A stretch of 64,000 nucleotides of DNA, taken from NCBI GenBank assembly GCA_036172245.1, contig JAYWIR010000001.1, positions 11,470,001-11,534,000 of the forward strand. The letters are read 5' to 3'. The notes beneath the pieces were generated by a model that was not told where the DNA came from, ran no database searches, and saw nothing but the letters and a program-made list of their open reading frames with translations. A program made the position numbers and the translations under genes. This DNA comes from Raillietiella orientalis. Taxonomy: Eukaryota. Shown piece after piece: positions 62,625 through 64,000 of the stretch. Each line of letters begins with the position of its first letter. Positions within the stretch are counted from its first letter, which is position 1.

Positions 62625-63714
62625 CGATTGCGGGCCCCCCGCGAACGGTAGCACCTGGTTGCAGGAAGCCGTTCGCACTTGGGCGCAGCACGAGCCACGC
62701 TCGGAACAGGAACAGCGCTCTCTGCACTGCTTTTACAACAGCTGCTCGCTACGGGAGATCCTGGAACACCCATTGAAGAGTGCATGGGCAGGAAGAACCT
62801 CCCTCTCCACAGCGCTGCTCTCCTCAGGGAACACACGGGCAGCAGCCTTGAGGCGAGATGGGAGGTTAGTGTGGAATTCTCCGCCAGAAGGAAATGACTG
62901 GGTGAGTGGACGACGGGCCAGCTCGTGGAGGCTGCGACCCCCAGTGCTTCCCTCCCACGAGGACTTTTGAGCTGTGACGAGCTACTGCGTATTCCTGAGG
63001 AAGACTCGCAGTGGCCCCCAATGCTTCTGGACACGCACACCCTCCCCCTAAAGTGGCAGCAGTCGGCATTTCTGGTGTTGCACTGGGACCTCCCCGACAA
63101 CGCCCGCTGCTCCCAGTGGACCCGGGCGGCTGTGTATCCCAACTATTGCAGGTGCGAGGAACGGGAATTCCTCTCGCACCTGCTTGTAGACTGTGTGCAC
63201 CCCGGCCCCTGTCGTTGCGTAACGCAACGACCCTTGGGGCATCAAAGACAATCCCAGGGACGTCTTGAAGCGCCTCCTCGTGCGCGATGCCCTTTCACCT
63301 GCGGCATCCCTATGCTGCCTACTAGGGATTGTGGTGACCTGGAGCTATGCGAGAGGAGGACGGCGCTCTGGTGACGCCAGCTGCTTCGCCCTGCATTTCC
63401 TGAGGATGACAACTAGATGACTCCACTTGGGACATGCTCAGAAGGAACTTGCCGGCATCCTGGAAAGGATGCAGAGAACGCCCTCCAGCGGACAGCGATC
63501 TCTTCCCGTGCACCCCAGAATCTTTTTTTATTGCTTTTATTTATTCTCACTTCTGTTTGCCTCTCTCCCTCCGCCGCCGAGGTGAACCTCGCCGGCCTTC
63601 GTGCCGGTTACGCGGCAGGTTCCGAGCATGCTCTGACAATGTAGGGCTGATGGCCCTACATCTGTATGTTTATTATTTTTTATAATAAACGTCCCGCAGT
63701 GACCGGGTGATAAA
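62625..63714 (+). mobile_element. Main LINE family, 5'-truncated copy with terminus
   Basis: PANGSTWLQEAVRTW, LPLKWQQSAFLVLHW; terminus AATAAACGTCCCGCAGTGACCGGGTGATAAA. Confidence 0.9.
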
Positions 63715-64000
63715 CCAACTGTGCCAGGTGCGGGGAGTTCGAATCACTCATCCAGCCCAGGACTGTGCTGTCCTCCGGCCCCTGTGGGAACTCTTCGCCG
63801 CCACCCCAGGAACCCCCGACGGCAACTCCAGGGACGTTCCGAAACCTCTCCTCGTTCGCGACGCCCTTCGACTCACAGCCTCGCTAGCAGTCCTGTGCTG
63901 TCGACGAGGGATCCTCGCTGCCTGGAGTGACGCAAGAGGAAGACACAGCGACAGGGGTGCCACATCCACTTAGCCGTTCGATCCGTGAGAATGCAACAAG
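63715..64000 (+). mobile_element. Next 5'-truncated LINE copy, head-to-tail, running off the window
   Basis: Starts at NCARCGE and continues DCAVLRPLWELF...LAVLCCRRGIL. Confidence 0.85.

Noticed and set aside
52562-63142. Long ORFs such as 56844-58091 (415 aa) and 61889-63142 (417 aa)
   Set aside because: Arg/Ser/Pro-rich with no domain motifs, and partly antisense to LINE fragments.
8142-63714. Recurrent palindromic motif read as a CRISPR repeat or integron attC array
   Set aside because: Spacing is irregular (0.6 to many kb), both orientations occur, the intervening DNA is LINE body, and the context is eukaryotic.

Overview
Eukaryotic, transposon-saturated region with no recognisable host protein-coding gene. 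An AT-rich flank (1-3.5 kb) ends at a 5'-truncated U2 snRNA copy. The rest is a ~60 kb mosaic. Most of it is about 25 fragments of one L1/Tx1-type non-LTR retrotransposon family: ORF1 with two CCHC knuckles, and ORF2 with an APE endonuclease, RT and C-terminal Cys/His finger. One 1194-aa ORF2 is open but has YAND instead of YADD. There are also several decayed Penelope-like (RT + probable GIY-YIG) fragments, one unrelated LINE remnant, a MITE-like element and an apparently exact 504-bp inverted duplication. The most striking pattern is the 3' end of the main family. At 14 clear independent sites it is AATAAA-like signal + CCCGG-N5/6-CCGGG-TG + 4-5 A-rich nt, with no poly(A) tail. These ends often join directly to the truncated 5' end of another, divergent copy. 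This builds head-to-tail chains (clearest at 27-43 kb) in which the missing halves of the 'interrupted' copies are absent. The pattern suggests self-targeting at the element's own 3' end, template jumping, or end-capping. Boundaries of decayed fragments are approximate and all family assignments are by eye, without database searches.
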